Source: a bacterium (GTDB taxonomy: Bacteria > Patescibacteriota > Minisyncoccia > Minisyncoccales > CG1-02-41-26). From it: a stretch of 64,000 bases of DNA. Each line of letters begins with the position of its first letter. The first letter of the stretch is position 1. The notes beneath the pieces are model-generated. The model saw only the letters and a program-made list of their open reading frames with translations. It was not told the DNA's origin and did not search any database. The stretch spans positions 30,404 through 94,403 of the forward strand of contig JAUWWY010000002.1 of assembly GCA_030616605.1 (NCBI GenBank), written 5' to 3'. Shown here one piece after another: positions 26,204 to 34,206 of this stretch. Both the position numbers and the translations under genes were made by a program.

Positions 26204-26707
26204 ATGTTGAACCCCAAAAATTTAAACGGCCTGTGTTTCTTGATTTTGATAGTAATAATAACATTTTCTTTAATTTTTCTGCTGGAAAAAAAAGTGATGG
26301 CAGATGAATTTTCAGTTGCAACAGAAAAAGAGCTTTCAGATTTACCAATTTTTGAAGAAACTTCTTTCCTAACTTTAAACCTCCCTCCTTGCTACGAAGA
26401 TTCTGATATAAAGCGAAAGGTTAAAGTAATGGTCACTGGCTACTCCTCTTCGGTTTGGGAAACTCAAGGCGACCCTTTTATTACCGCTTCTGGTACCCGA
26501 GTTAAAGAAGGAATTATTGCTAATAATCTCTTGCCTTTTAAAACAGAAATAAGATTGCCGGAAATTTCTGGCGATAAAATTTTTGTAGTTGAAGACAGAA
26601 TGCATTCAAGAAAGGGCCCTTACCATATTGATATCTGGTTTCCTTCCCGTGAAGAAGCCCTGGCTTTTGGAGCAAAATTAACTGAAATGGAAATCCTCAG
26701 CAATTAA
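26204..26707 (+). CDS. Secreted 3D-domain (MltA/RlpA-like double-psi barrel) protein, putative cell-wall-binding or lytic
   Basis: Start moved to MLNPKN, because the track ORF start overlaps a tRNA. Has a signal/TM segment, then VTGYSS...TASG...DRM...IDIW, typical of 3D domains. Confidence 0.6.
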   Translation: MLNPKNLNGLCFLILIVIITFSLIFLLEKKVMADEFSVATEKELSDLPIFEETSFLTLNLPPCYEDSDIKRKVKVMVTGYSSSVWETQGDPFITASGTRVKEGIIANNLLPFKTEIRLPEISGDKIFVVEDRMHSRKGPYHIDIWFPSREEALAFGAKLTEMEILSN

Positions 26708-26764
26708 TAATTATTTAAAATTTGGTAACAAAAAACCCGCAATCAAAAGTTGCGGGTTTTTTAG

Positions 26765-26849
26765 TGCCGCGGGTGGGACTCGAACCCACACGGAGAAAAC
26801 CTCCAAGTGATTTTAAGTCACTCCTGTAAACCAATTCCAGCACCGCGGC
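26765..26849 (-). tRNA. tRNA-Leu (anticodon UAA)
   Basis: Acceptor GCCGCGG/CCGCGGC, anticodon loop CTTAAAA, long variable arm. Confidence 0.85.
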
Positions 26850-26856
26850 AAATCTA

Positions 26857-26928
26857 AGGCCAGGAGGGGATTTGCACCCCTGTAAAACGGTTTTGCAGAC
26901 CGTTCCCGAACTACTTGGGTACCTGGCC
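26857..26928 (-). tRNA. tRNA-Cys (anticodon GCA)
   Basis: Acceptor GGCCAGG/CCTGGCC, anticodon loop CTGCAAA. Confidence 0.85.
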
Positions 26929-26971
26929 ACACTTTTATTAAACCCTATTTTTCGCGATTTTTCAACCCTTA

Positions 26972-28462
26972 TTACAAGGGTTTTTTCTCTTTTTCTTCTT
27001 TAAAAACAGCTAAAACATCTCCTTCTTTAATTTCTGTTTCTCCCTCAAATAAAATACCAATCTCTTTTCCTTTGCCAGCTAAAACAATATCCTTTTTTTC
27101 TTGTTGAATATTTTTAATCTTTCCTTTACCAATAACTTCTTCCTCTCTTAAAACCTCAGTCGAAGTATTTTTGGTAATCTCTCCTTCAATAACCCTAGCG
27201 CCAATAACCTGGACATCTTTTGTTTTTTTGAATAAAACTAAAATCTTAACTTTTCCCAAATCAACTCTTTCAATTTTCGGAGCTATTAATTTTTTCATCT
27301 CCTTTCTTACTTCTTCAATTAGTTCATAGATGACCTCAAAAAATTTAGGGAATATTTTTTTTTGATGACTAAAAAATTTAGCTGTCTCATCCATTTTTAC
27401 TCTGAAAGCAAAAATTTTAGCTCTGGAACTTTCAGCAAGTTGAATATCGGAAACTCCAATATTACCGATTTCTTTTTTGACTATTCTTAAAACAACCTCA
27501 TCTAAAGAAAAACTTTCTAAGGCTCCCTCAATTGCTTCCAAAGAACCTAAAACATCAGCTTTTAAAATAATATTTAAAACTTTTTTCTCTTCACTTATTA
27601 AAAAAACTCTCGGTCCTTTTTCTTTTTCCTCTTTTATTTCTTTTTTAGCCGCATCAATATCAGGAAAAACTTTAAATCTTTCTCCAATCTTAGGCATTGT
27701 TTCAAAACCTAAAATTTGAACCGGTTGAGAAGGATAAGCCTGTTTTAAGGGCCGACCCTGAAAATTATTTAATCTTTTAACTTTAGCCAAAGCAGAAGAA
27801 GTTGCTAAAATATCGTCCTCTTTTAAAATTCCTTTTTCTAAAATTAAGGTGATAACTGGACCTTTTCTTGGATCCAAAAAATTTTCAATAACTGTGCCTT
27901 CTGCTCCTTTAGAAATCTCTGTTTTCAAATCTTCTACTTCAGCCATTAACAAAACTATTTCTACAAGTTTCTCAATTCCTTCTCCGGTTTTAGCTGAAAC
28001 ATTAACCGAAGGTATTTTTCCTTTGAGCGATTCAACCAAAATATTCTCTTTAGCCAATTCTTGTTTTATTTTTTCTGGTTGAGCTTCTTTTTTATCTATT
28101 TTATTCAAAGCAACAATCATTGGAATGCCAGATTTTTTAACAACTTGAATTGCTTCTTTTGTTTGCTCTTTAACTCCCTCTGCTGCATCAACAACTAGAA
28201 CAGCAATATCTGCCACCTTAGCTCCCCGACTTCTCATAGCTGAAAATGCTTCATGACCCGGTGTATCAATAAAAGTAATCTTTTTACCCTCTTTTTCAAC
28301 CTCATAAGCCCCAATGTGTTGGGTAATCCCACCTGATTCTTTTTCAGTAATTCTAAAATCTTTTTTAATGGCCTCAAGTAAGGTAGATTTTCCATGGTCA
28401 ATATGACCCAAAACAACTACTACCGGCGGCTTAACCACTAAATTTTCTTTTCCTTTAATCAT
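26972..28462 (-). CDS. infB: Translation initiation factor IF-2 (short form lacking the long N-terminal region)
   Basis: The G-domain starts at residue ~14 (VLGHIDHGKSTLL, DTPGHEAF, NKID). 496 aa. Confidence 0.9.
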   Translation of the reverse strand: MIKGKENLVVKPPVVVVLGHIDHGKSTLLEAIKKDFRITEKESGGITQHIGAYEVEKEGKKITFIDTPGHEAFSAMRSRGAKVADIAVLVVDAAEGVKEQTKEAIQVVKKSGIPMIVALNKIDKKEAQPEKIKQELAKENILVESLKGKIPSVNVSAKTGEGIEKLVEIVLLMAEVEDLKTEISKGAEGTVIENFLDPRKGPVITLILEKGILKEDDILATSSALAKVKRLNNFQGRPLKQAYPSQPVQILGFETMPKIGERFKVFPDIDAAKKEIKEEKEKGPRVFLISEEKKVLNIILKADVLGSLEAIEGALESFSLDEVVLRIVKKEIGNIGVSDIQLAESSRAKIFAFRVKMDETAKFFSHQKKIFPKFFEVIYELIEEVRKEMKKLIAPKIERVDLGKVKILVLFKKTKDVQVIGARVIEGEITKNTSTEVLREEEVIGKGKIKNIQQEKKDIVLAGKGKEIGILFEGETEIKEGDVLAVFKEEKEKKPL

Positions 28463-28590
28463 AGTAACGATATTACTTTAATTTAGTCTTTATTTCAAGT
28501 AATTAAGCTATTGTTATCTCTCTGGTTATGTGGCAGTATTTAGAATAAATATTATTTTTTAGCACCTTTCAAATAAAATAAGGAGAGAAC

Positions 28591-28833
28591 ATGAGCAATC
28601 TGGAGACCGACAAAAAACTATCTTGGGGGTATTGTCTATTTGTAGGAGTCTGCACATTGATAGCTACTCAGAGCATTGGCCTGAGTTTAGCTGTTTCCTT
28701 TATAATACTTGCTCCAGCATTAACATACTACCAAGGTTCAATCCCTGTTTTGAGAAAAAAGACTTATGTTCTATTGAGTCTTTTAATAGGAATAGTTTTA
28801 ATCATCTTAAAGCTCGGAAAACTAATTCCCTAA
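28591..28833 (+). CDS. Small two/three-TM membrane protein, function unknown
   Basis: 80-aa ORF preceded by AAGGAGAG 6 nt upstream and followed by a terminator. Confidence 0.5.
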   Translation: MSNLETDKKLSWGYCLFVGVCTLIATQSIGLSLAVSFIILAPALTYYQGSIPVLRKKTYVLLSLLIGIVLIILKLGKLIP

Positions 28834-28839
28834 ACAAAA

Positions 28840-28875
28840 AGCGCTGATTCTAAAAAGTTCAGTGCTTTTTATTTT
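28840..28875 (+). terminator. Rho-independent terminator
   Basis: Stem AGCGCTGA/TCAGTGCT (one G-U pair) followed by TTTTTATTTT. Confidence 0.65.
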
Positions 28876-28909
28876 AGCTAACTAGCCATTCCGTAGCCTT
28901 GGCAAAGAA

Positions 28910-28999
28910 TGGCGGAGGGGGTGAGATTCGAACTCACGGTGGTCTTGCGACTACAATGGTTTTCGAAACCATCCCTTTAAACCGCTCAGGCACCCCTCC
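28910..28999 (-). tRNA. tRNA-Ser (anticodon CGA), CCA encoded
   Basis: Acceptor GGAGGGG/CCCCTCC, anticodon loop TTCGAAA, long variable arm, 3' GCCA. Confidence 0.85.
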
Positions 29000-29023
29000 A
29001 ATAGAAATTAGAAAATTTATTTT

Positions 29024-29094
29024 TGGACCCAGGGAGAGTTGAACTCCCGACTCTTCCATGCCGAGGAAGTGTTTTACCGCTAGACTATGGGCCC
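29024..29094 (-). tRNA. tRNA-Ala (anticodon GGC) with a G3:U70 pair and an apparent C at position 33
   Basis: Acceptor GGGCCCA/TGGGTCC gives G3:U70. Anticodon stem CTTCC/GGAAG encloses the loop TCGGCAT. Confidence 0.65.
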
Positions 29095-29110
29095 GGCTTT
29101 TAATTTTCTA

Positions 29111-29182
29111 AGCGGGTGAAGGGAATTGAACCCTCGTTTCGTACTTGGCAAGCACGTGTAATAGCCACTATACTACACCCGC
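29111..29182 (-). tRNA. tRNA-Gly (anticodon GCC)
   Basis: Acceptor GCGGGTG/CACCCGC, anticodon loop TTGCCAA. Confidence 0.85.
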
Positions 29183-29186
29183 AATG

Positions 29187-29258
29187 TGCCGCGGGCCGGA
29201 GCCGAACCGGCGACCTCTTCTTTTTCAGAGAAGCGCTCTACCACTGAGCTACCGCGGC
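29187..29258 (-). tRNA. tRNA-Phe (anticodon GAA)
   Basis: GCCGCGGTAGCTCAGTGGTAGAGC..., anticodon loop CTGAAAA. Confidence 0.9.
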
Positions 29259-29259
29259 C

Positions 29260-29334
29260 TGGTGGACGATGCAGGATTTGAACCTGCGACCTCGTCGATG
29301 TAAGCGACGCGCTCTTCCACTGAGCTAATCGTCC
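29260..29334 (-). tRNA. tRNA-Val (anticodon UAC), CCA encoded
   Basis: GGACGATTAGCTCAGTGGAAGAGC..., anticodon loop CTTACAT, 3' ACCA. Confidence 0.9.
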
Positions 29335-29346
29335 AATCAAATTTTA

Positions 29347-29431
29347 TGCCCAGGGTGGGACTTGAACCCACACGCCCTAAAAAGAGCATAGCTCCTCAAG
29401 CTATTGCGTATACCAATTCCGCCACCTGGGC
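29347..29431 (-). tRNA. tRNA-Leu (anticodon GAG)
   Basis: Acceptor GCCCAGG/CCTGGGC, anticodon loop TTGAGGA, long variable arm. The 5' nucleotide abuts or overlaps the rplS stop. Confidence 0.85.
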
Positions 29432-29826
29432 TATCTTTTATTTTTAGTTTCCTTCCTCTTTAACTTCGCTTTTTTGCCAACTCTTTTTCTTAAATAATAA
29501 AGTTTTGCTCTTCTTGTTTTAGCTCTGCTGACAATTTCAATTTTTTCAATGGTTGGTGAGTGTAAGGGAAAAATTCTTTCCACTCCAACTCCCTCAATAA
29601 GATTTCTGACCGTAATAGTTGAGGAAATTCCTTTGCCGTGTTTTCTAGCTATAACTATTCCTTCAAAAATTTGAATTCTCTCTTTTTCTTCTTCTTTTTT
29701 GGATTTTTTACCCTTTTTAGGAACTTCTTTTATTCTTTGATAAACCCGAACCGTATCACCGGACCTAATATCAGGTAAATCTTCTTTTAAAAATGTTCTC
29801 AAAAATGTTTCTACTGCTTTTGTCAT
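29431..29826 (-). CDS. rplS: 50S ribosomal protein L19 (with a K/E-rich internal insert)
   Basis: Family-typical motifs: [10 protein letters not shown]...[25 protein letters not shown]...[11 protein letters not shown]. Confidence 0.9.
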   Translation of the reverse strand: MTKAVETFLRTFLKEDLPDIRSGDTVRVYQRIKEVPKKGKKSKKEEEKERIQIFEGIVIARKHGKGISSTITVRNLIEGVGVERIFPLHSPTIEKIEIVSRAKTRRAKLYYLRKRVGKKAKLKRKETKNKR

Positions 29827-29870
29827 ATCTAAAATATCTTATCTTAAAATTTCTTTTAGGTAAAGCTTTG

Positions 29871-29944
29871 TGTCCCTACTCCGATTTGAACGGAGAACCT
29901 CAACCTCCGCAAGGTCGCGCTCTATCCAATTAAGCTATAGGGAC
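29871..29944 (-). tRNA. tRNA-Arg (anticodon GCG)
   Basis: Acceptor GTCCCTA/TAGGGAC. Anticodon stem CGACC/GGTTG with the loop TTGCGGA. Confidence 0.8.
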
Positions 29945-29956
29945 TTCGGTTTAATA

Positions 29957-30030
29957 TCGGGGCACTGGGACTCGAACCCAGAATCGTGCGCTCCCAAAGC
30001 GCAAATGTTAACCAATTACACTATGCCCCG
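29957..30030 (-). tRNA. tRNA-Pro (anticodon UGG)
   Basis: Acceptor CGGGGCA/TGCCCCG, anticodon loop TTTGGGA. Confidence 0.85.
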
Positions 30031-30136
30031 TACTGAATGAAGTTCTGGTGCGCTAATCATTTTACTTAATAAAATCAAGAAAATCAATAGATTATCTTGT
30101 TTTTTAAGGAAAAAAAGTTATTATATCAATAGAATT

Positions 30137-31321
30137 ATGAAAAAATTTATTTTCACAATTTTAGTTTTTAGTTTTTTATTTGGAACTTTCGGTTCTGTTT
30201 TTGCTCAGGAAAAAACCGAAATAAACTTTTTCTTCAGTCCCATCTGTCATTATTGTGCTCAAGAAAAAGAATTTTTAAATATCCTGGAAAAAAATTATCT
30301 GGAAATTGAAATTAAAAGATTTAATACTTTTGAAAAAGAAAATGTTAATCTCTTAAAAAAACTTTATCAGGAGTATAAAGTTCCCTTATCAGACCAGGGA
30401 TGGGTACCTATTACCTTTACTCCAAAAGAATATTTTTTGGGTTTTGATGAAAAAATTGCTCAGAATATAGAGAATTGTATTTTAGAATGCAATGTTGAAG
30501 AACCTTTAGAAAAACCCTTAAAAGAAGATTTAACTCCAATAGATTTAGAAAAAAGAATTTCTCTGCCAATTATTGGAGAAATTAATCTTTCAAATTTTTC
30601 TCCTTTAGCTTTAAGTATAGTTTTGGGAGCTTTAGATGGTTTTAATGCCTGTGCTATGATTGCCTTGGGATTTTTATTGACTGTTTTAATAGCTACTGGT
30701 GTTAGAAAAAGAATTATTTTAATTGGTGGCGTTTTTATTCTGGTCTCAGGAATAGTTTACTTTCTGTTTATCTCAGCTTGGTTTAATTTATTTTTAGTTT
30801 TAGAACAGATAAAATTTATTACTCTTTCAGTTGGAGTAATAGTAATTTTATTTTCAATATTTTTATTAAAAGATTATTTTCACGGCATAGTTTGCAAACT
30901 ATGCCAGATTGACCCAAAAAGAGCAAAAAATATTTTTGTTAAATTTGAAATGAAACTCTTTAAAAAAATGGAAGAAATTTCAACTGCTAAAATGTCATTG
31001 CCTCTCCTTATATTGGGAGTAGCAGTTGTGGCAGCCGGAATAAATTTAGTAGAATTGGTCTGCACTTTTGGCTTTCCTTTAGTTTTTACCAAAATTTTAA
31101 CCTCTTTTTCATTACCAACTATTTCTTATTATCTCTATCTTTTAGTTTATATACTATTTTATATGCTTGATGATTTTATTATTTTTCTGATTGCTGTTTT
31201 TACCTTAAGAATCACTCAAGTCTCTGAAAAATATTTAAAAGCCATAAAATTAATTTCTGCAATCGTTCTTTTAATCTTAGGCTTGACAATGATTTTAAGG
31301 CCTGAATTTTTAACGTTCTAA
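30137..31321 (+). CDS. Exported thioredoxin-fold (CHYC) domain fused to a CcdA/DsbD-like transmembrane thiol-disulfide transporter
   Basis: Signal peptide, FFFSPICHYCAQEK (CxxC), then a polytopic region with GALDGFNACAM and ELVCTFGFP, the two half-site Cys motifs typical of DsbD/CcdA. Confidence 0.6.
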   Translation: MKKFIFTILVFSFLFGTFGSVFAQEKTEINFFFSPICHYCAQEKEFLNILEKNYLEIEIKRFNTFEKENVNLLKKLYQEYKVPLSDQGWVPITFTPKEYFLGFDEKIAQNIENCILECNVEEPLEKPLKEDLTPIDLEKRISLPIIGEINLSNFSPLALSIVLGALDGFNACAMIALGFLLTVLIATGVRKRIILIGGVFILVSGIVYFLFISAWFNLFLVLEQIKFITLSVGVIVILFSIFLLKDYFHGIVCKLCQIDPKRAKNIFVKFEMKLFKKMEEISTAKMSLPLLILGVAVVAAGINLVELVCTFGFPLVFTKILTSFSLPTISYYLYLLVYILFYMLDDFIIFLIAVFTLRITQVSEKYLKAIKLISAIVLLILGLTMILRPEFLTF

Positions 31322-31339
31322 AAGATTAAATTCAAAGAT

Positions 31340-32521
31340 ATGAAGCAAAAAAAAATTTATCTCGATTATGCAGCAACTACTCCTTTGGCTTTGGAAGTTC
31401 TAAGGGAAATGCTGCCTTATTTGAAAAAAGATTTTGGCAATCCTTCTTCAATTCACACTCTTGGCCAAATAGCTCAGGAAGGATTGGACAAAGCAAGAGA
31501 AAGAGTGGCAAACTTTCTGAATTGCTCTATTTCAGAAATTTTCTTTACTGGTTCAGCCACTGAAGCTAATAATTTGGCAATTTTTGGACTAATCAAAAGT
31601 TCTCAAAAAAGAGGAGTAAAACCCCATATTATTACAACTCAAATTGAGCACCATGCAGTTTTAGAACCTTGCAAAGAATTAAAAAAACAAGGAGTAGAAA
31701 TAACTTATTTAGAAGTAAATAAAGAGGGTTTAGTTAAAATTTCTGCTCTTGAAAAAGCTATCAAGGAAAACACGGTTTTAGTTTCAATAATATATGCCAA
31801 TAATGAAATCGGTACAATCCAACCAATCGTTGAAATCGGAAAATTACTCCAAATTACAAACTCTAAATTAAAAACTAAAATTTATTTCCATACTGATGCT
31901 GTTCAGGCAGTAAATTATTTGGATTGCGATGTTGAAAAATTAGGAGTTGACCTTTTAACTTTATCGGCTCACAAAATTTACGGACCCAAGGGAGTCGGAG
32001 CCTTGTATATTAAACAGGGAAGTCCAATTAGTCCCTTAATTTATGGTGGAGGACATGAAAGCGGATTGAGGTCAGGTACGGAAAATGTGGCTGGAATTGC
32101 TGGTCTGGGAAAGGCAATTGAGGAAATTGAAAAATCAAAAAAGGATATTAAAAGAATTGAAAAATTAAGGAATAAACTGATTGATAATATTCTAAAAAAC
32201 ATCCCTAAAGCAAAATTAAATGGTTCAAGAGAACATCGTTTAGCCAATAATGTAAATGTCAGTATTCCCGGAGCAGAAGGAGAAAGTATGGTTATTGCTT
32301 TGGACCAAAAAGGTATTGCTGTTTCAACCGGCTCTGCTTGTTCTTCAAGAAGTTTAAAGCCCTCTCATGTTCTTTTGGCTTTAGGATTACTTCCTAAAGA
32401 AGCTCACGGTTCTTTAAGATTCTCTCTGGGAAAATATACCCAAGAGGAAGATATTAATAAAGTTTTGGCAGTTTTGCCAAAAATTGTTCAAAGATTAAGA
32501 AAAATATCCCCTTTTAAGTGA
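31340..32521 (+). CDS. Cysteine desulfurase (NifS/IscS class)
   Basis: 393 aa. PLP-Lys motif LSAHKIYGPKG and active-site loop SSGSACSS. Confidence 0.9.
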   Translation: MKQKKIYLDYAATTPLALEVLREMLPYLKKDFGNPSSIHTLGQIAQEGLDKARERVANFLNCSISEIFFTGSATEANNLAIFGLIKSSQKRGVKPHIITTQIEHHAVLEPCKELKKQGVEITYLEVNKEGLVKISALEKAIKENTVLVSIIYANNEIGTIQPIVEIGKLLQITNSKLKTKIYFHTDAVQAVNYLDCDVEKLGVDLLTLSAHKIYGPKGVGALYIKQGSPISPLIYGGGHESGLRSGTENVAGIAGLGKAIEEIEKSKKDIKRIEKLRNKLIDNILKNIPKAKLNGSREHRLANNVNVSIPGAEGESMVIALDQKGIAVSTGSACSSRSLKPSHVLLALGLLPKEAHGSLRFSLGKYTQEEDINKVLAVLPKIVQRLRKISPFK

Positions 32522-32525
32522 AACT

Positions 32526-33047
32526 ATGAAAAAAATTGGTCCTTATACAAAAAAAGTTTTTGAGCATTTTCAAAATCCCCATAACATGGGAAAAATCAAA
32601 AACCCAGACGGCGTTGGTAAGGTAGGCAATATTGTATGTGGAGACGTTATGTGGCTTTATATTAAAATTAGTAAAGATAAAAAGGGAAAAGAGATAATTA
32701 AAGATATAAAATTTGAAACTTATGGTTGTTTAGCCGCCATAGCTACAAGCAGCGTGATTACTGATTTAATAAAAGGGAAAACTATTGAAGAAGCTTTGGA
32801 ATTTAACCGCCAAGAAGTAGTTGATATCTTGGGTGGGTTACCACCGATAAAATTACACTGCTCGGTTTTGGCAGTAGATGCCTTACTTGAAGCAATCCAT
32901 GATTATTTAAAAAAACAAAAGAGACCCATTCCCAAAAAACTCAGAGAAAGACACAAAATACTTGAAAAAGAGAAAAAAGAAATTGAAAAAAAATACAAAG
33001 AGTGGACTAAAACAGAAGAAACTCTTCATGAGAAAAGAAAAAAATAA
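32526..33047 (+). CDS. Fe-S cluster scaffold NifU/IscU-like with a Lys-rich C-terminal tail
   Basis: Three ligand Cys in the family-typical positions: GNIVCGD, YGCLAAIATSS, LHCSVLA. Confidence 0.85.
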   Translation: MKKIGPYTKKVFEHFQNPHNMGKIKNPDGVGKVGNIVCGDVMWLYIKISKDKKGKEIIKDIKFETYGCLAAIATSSVITDLIKGKTIEEALEFNRQEVVDILGGLPPIKLHCSVLAVDALLEAIHDYLKKQKRPIPKKLRERHKILEKEKKEIEKKYKEWTKTEETLHEKRKK

Positions 33048-34143
33048 AAAAATTATTGTGGCTATGTCAGGAGGTCTTGATTCCTCAGTAGCAGCCGCCC
33101 TTTTGAAAGGGGCTGGCTTTGATTTAGTCGGGGTTTTTATGCGGCTTTTCTCTGGTTCTCCGAGATTTTCAGAAAAAAGGGCAAAAAAAGTAGCTGATAT
33201 TTTAGGAATTCCATTTCAGGTTTGGGACCTAAAAAAAGAATTTAAAAAAAGAGTAATTGATTACTTTTTAAAAGAATATAAAGCAGGAAGAACTCCTAAT
33301 CCTTGCGTTGTTTGCAATAAAGAAATAAAGTTCGGGTTATTATTAGAAAAAGCTCTGGCTTTAAAAGCAGATTTTATAGCCACCGGACACTATGCAAGAA
33401 AACAAGCAACAAGCAACAAGAAACAAGAAACAAGCTATAAGTTATTAAGAGCTAAAGATAAAAATAAGGATCAATCTTATTTTTTGTGGCAGTTAAATCA
33501 AAAACAATTAAAGCATATTTTATTTCCGATTGGAGATTACAGTAAAAAACAAGTTAGAGATTTGGCAAAAAAATACGATTTACCTGTCTTAGATATTCCA
33601 GAATCTCAAGAGATTTGTTTTATCCAAACAACAATAAATGATTTTTTGGCTCGCTATCTCAAGCCAAAACCAGGCCCCGTAGTAAAGCAAGCTCTTTACG
33701 GGGTGAAAAAAATTATTGGACAGCATCAAGGTTTACATTTTTATACTATTGGTCAAAGAAAAGGAATAGAATTAGCTAGCGGTCCCACCTTCGCCCGCTT
33801 GCAACGGGCTTCGGCGGACAAGCCTTGGTATGTCTTGGATAAAGATGTAAAAAGAAATATCTTAATCATTACTCAAAATGAAAAAGATTTAATGAAAAAA
33901 GAATTAATTGCAGAAAATGTTAATTGGATTTCTAATAAAGCTCCGAAATTACCATTAAAAATTAAAATAAAAATAAGATATAAATCTTTATTAGCTTCAG
34001 CCCTAATAATGGAAAAAATCGGGGAAAAAACATATAAGGTATCTTTGACAAAAAACCAGCGAGCAATAACTCCTGGCCAGTCAGTGGTTTTTTATCAGGG
34101 AAAAAAATTATTAGGTGGAGGAATAATAAAAAAGAGTCATTGA
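33028..34143 (+). CDS. mnmA: tRNA-specific 2-thiouridylase
   Basis: Start moved to MRKEKNKKIIVAMSGGLDSS (PP-loop SGGxDS). Also NPCVVCN and DQSYFL motifs. Overlaps the scaffold gene by 20 nt. Confidence 0.9.
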   Translation: MRKEKNKKIIVAMSGGLDSSVAAALLKGAGFDLVGVFMRLFSGSPRFSEKRAKKVADILGIPFQVWDLKKEFKKRVIDYFLKEYKAGRTPNPCVVCNKEIKFGLLLEKALALKADFIATGHYARKQATSNKKQETSYKLLRAKDKNKDQSYFLWQLNQKQLKHILFPIGDYSKKQVRDLAKKYDLPVLDIPESQEICFIQTTINDFLARYLKPKPGPVVKQALYGVKKIIGQHQGLHFYTIGQRKGIELASGPTFARLQRASADKPWYVLDKDVKRNILIITQNEKDLMKKELIAENVNWISNKAPKLPLKIKIKIRYKSLLASALIMEKIGEKTYKVSLTKNQRAITPGQSVVFYQGKKLLGGGIIKKSH

Positions 34144-34206
34144 TTATTTAAATCAAGAAAGATATAATTAAAAATCATAAAGGTCATAATTTAAACATTT
34201 AAATAT

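Noticed and set aside
32962-33027. A Lys-rich N-terminal extension of MnmA (MKKRKKKLKK...).
   Set aside because: It is the alternative-frame reading of the scaffold gene's Lys-rich tail. The PP-loop begins right after the internal ATG at 33028.
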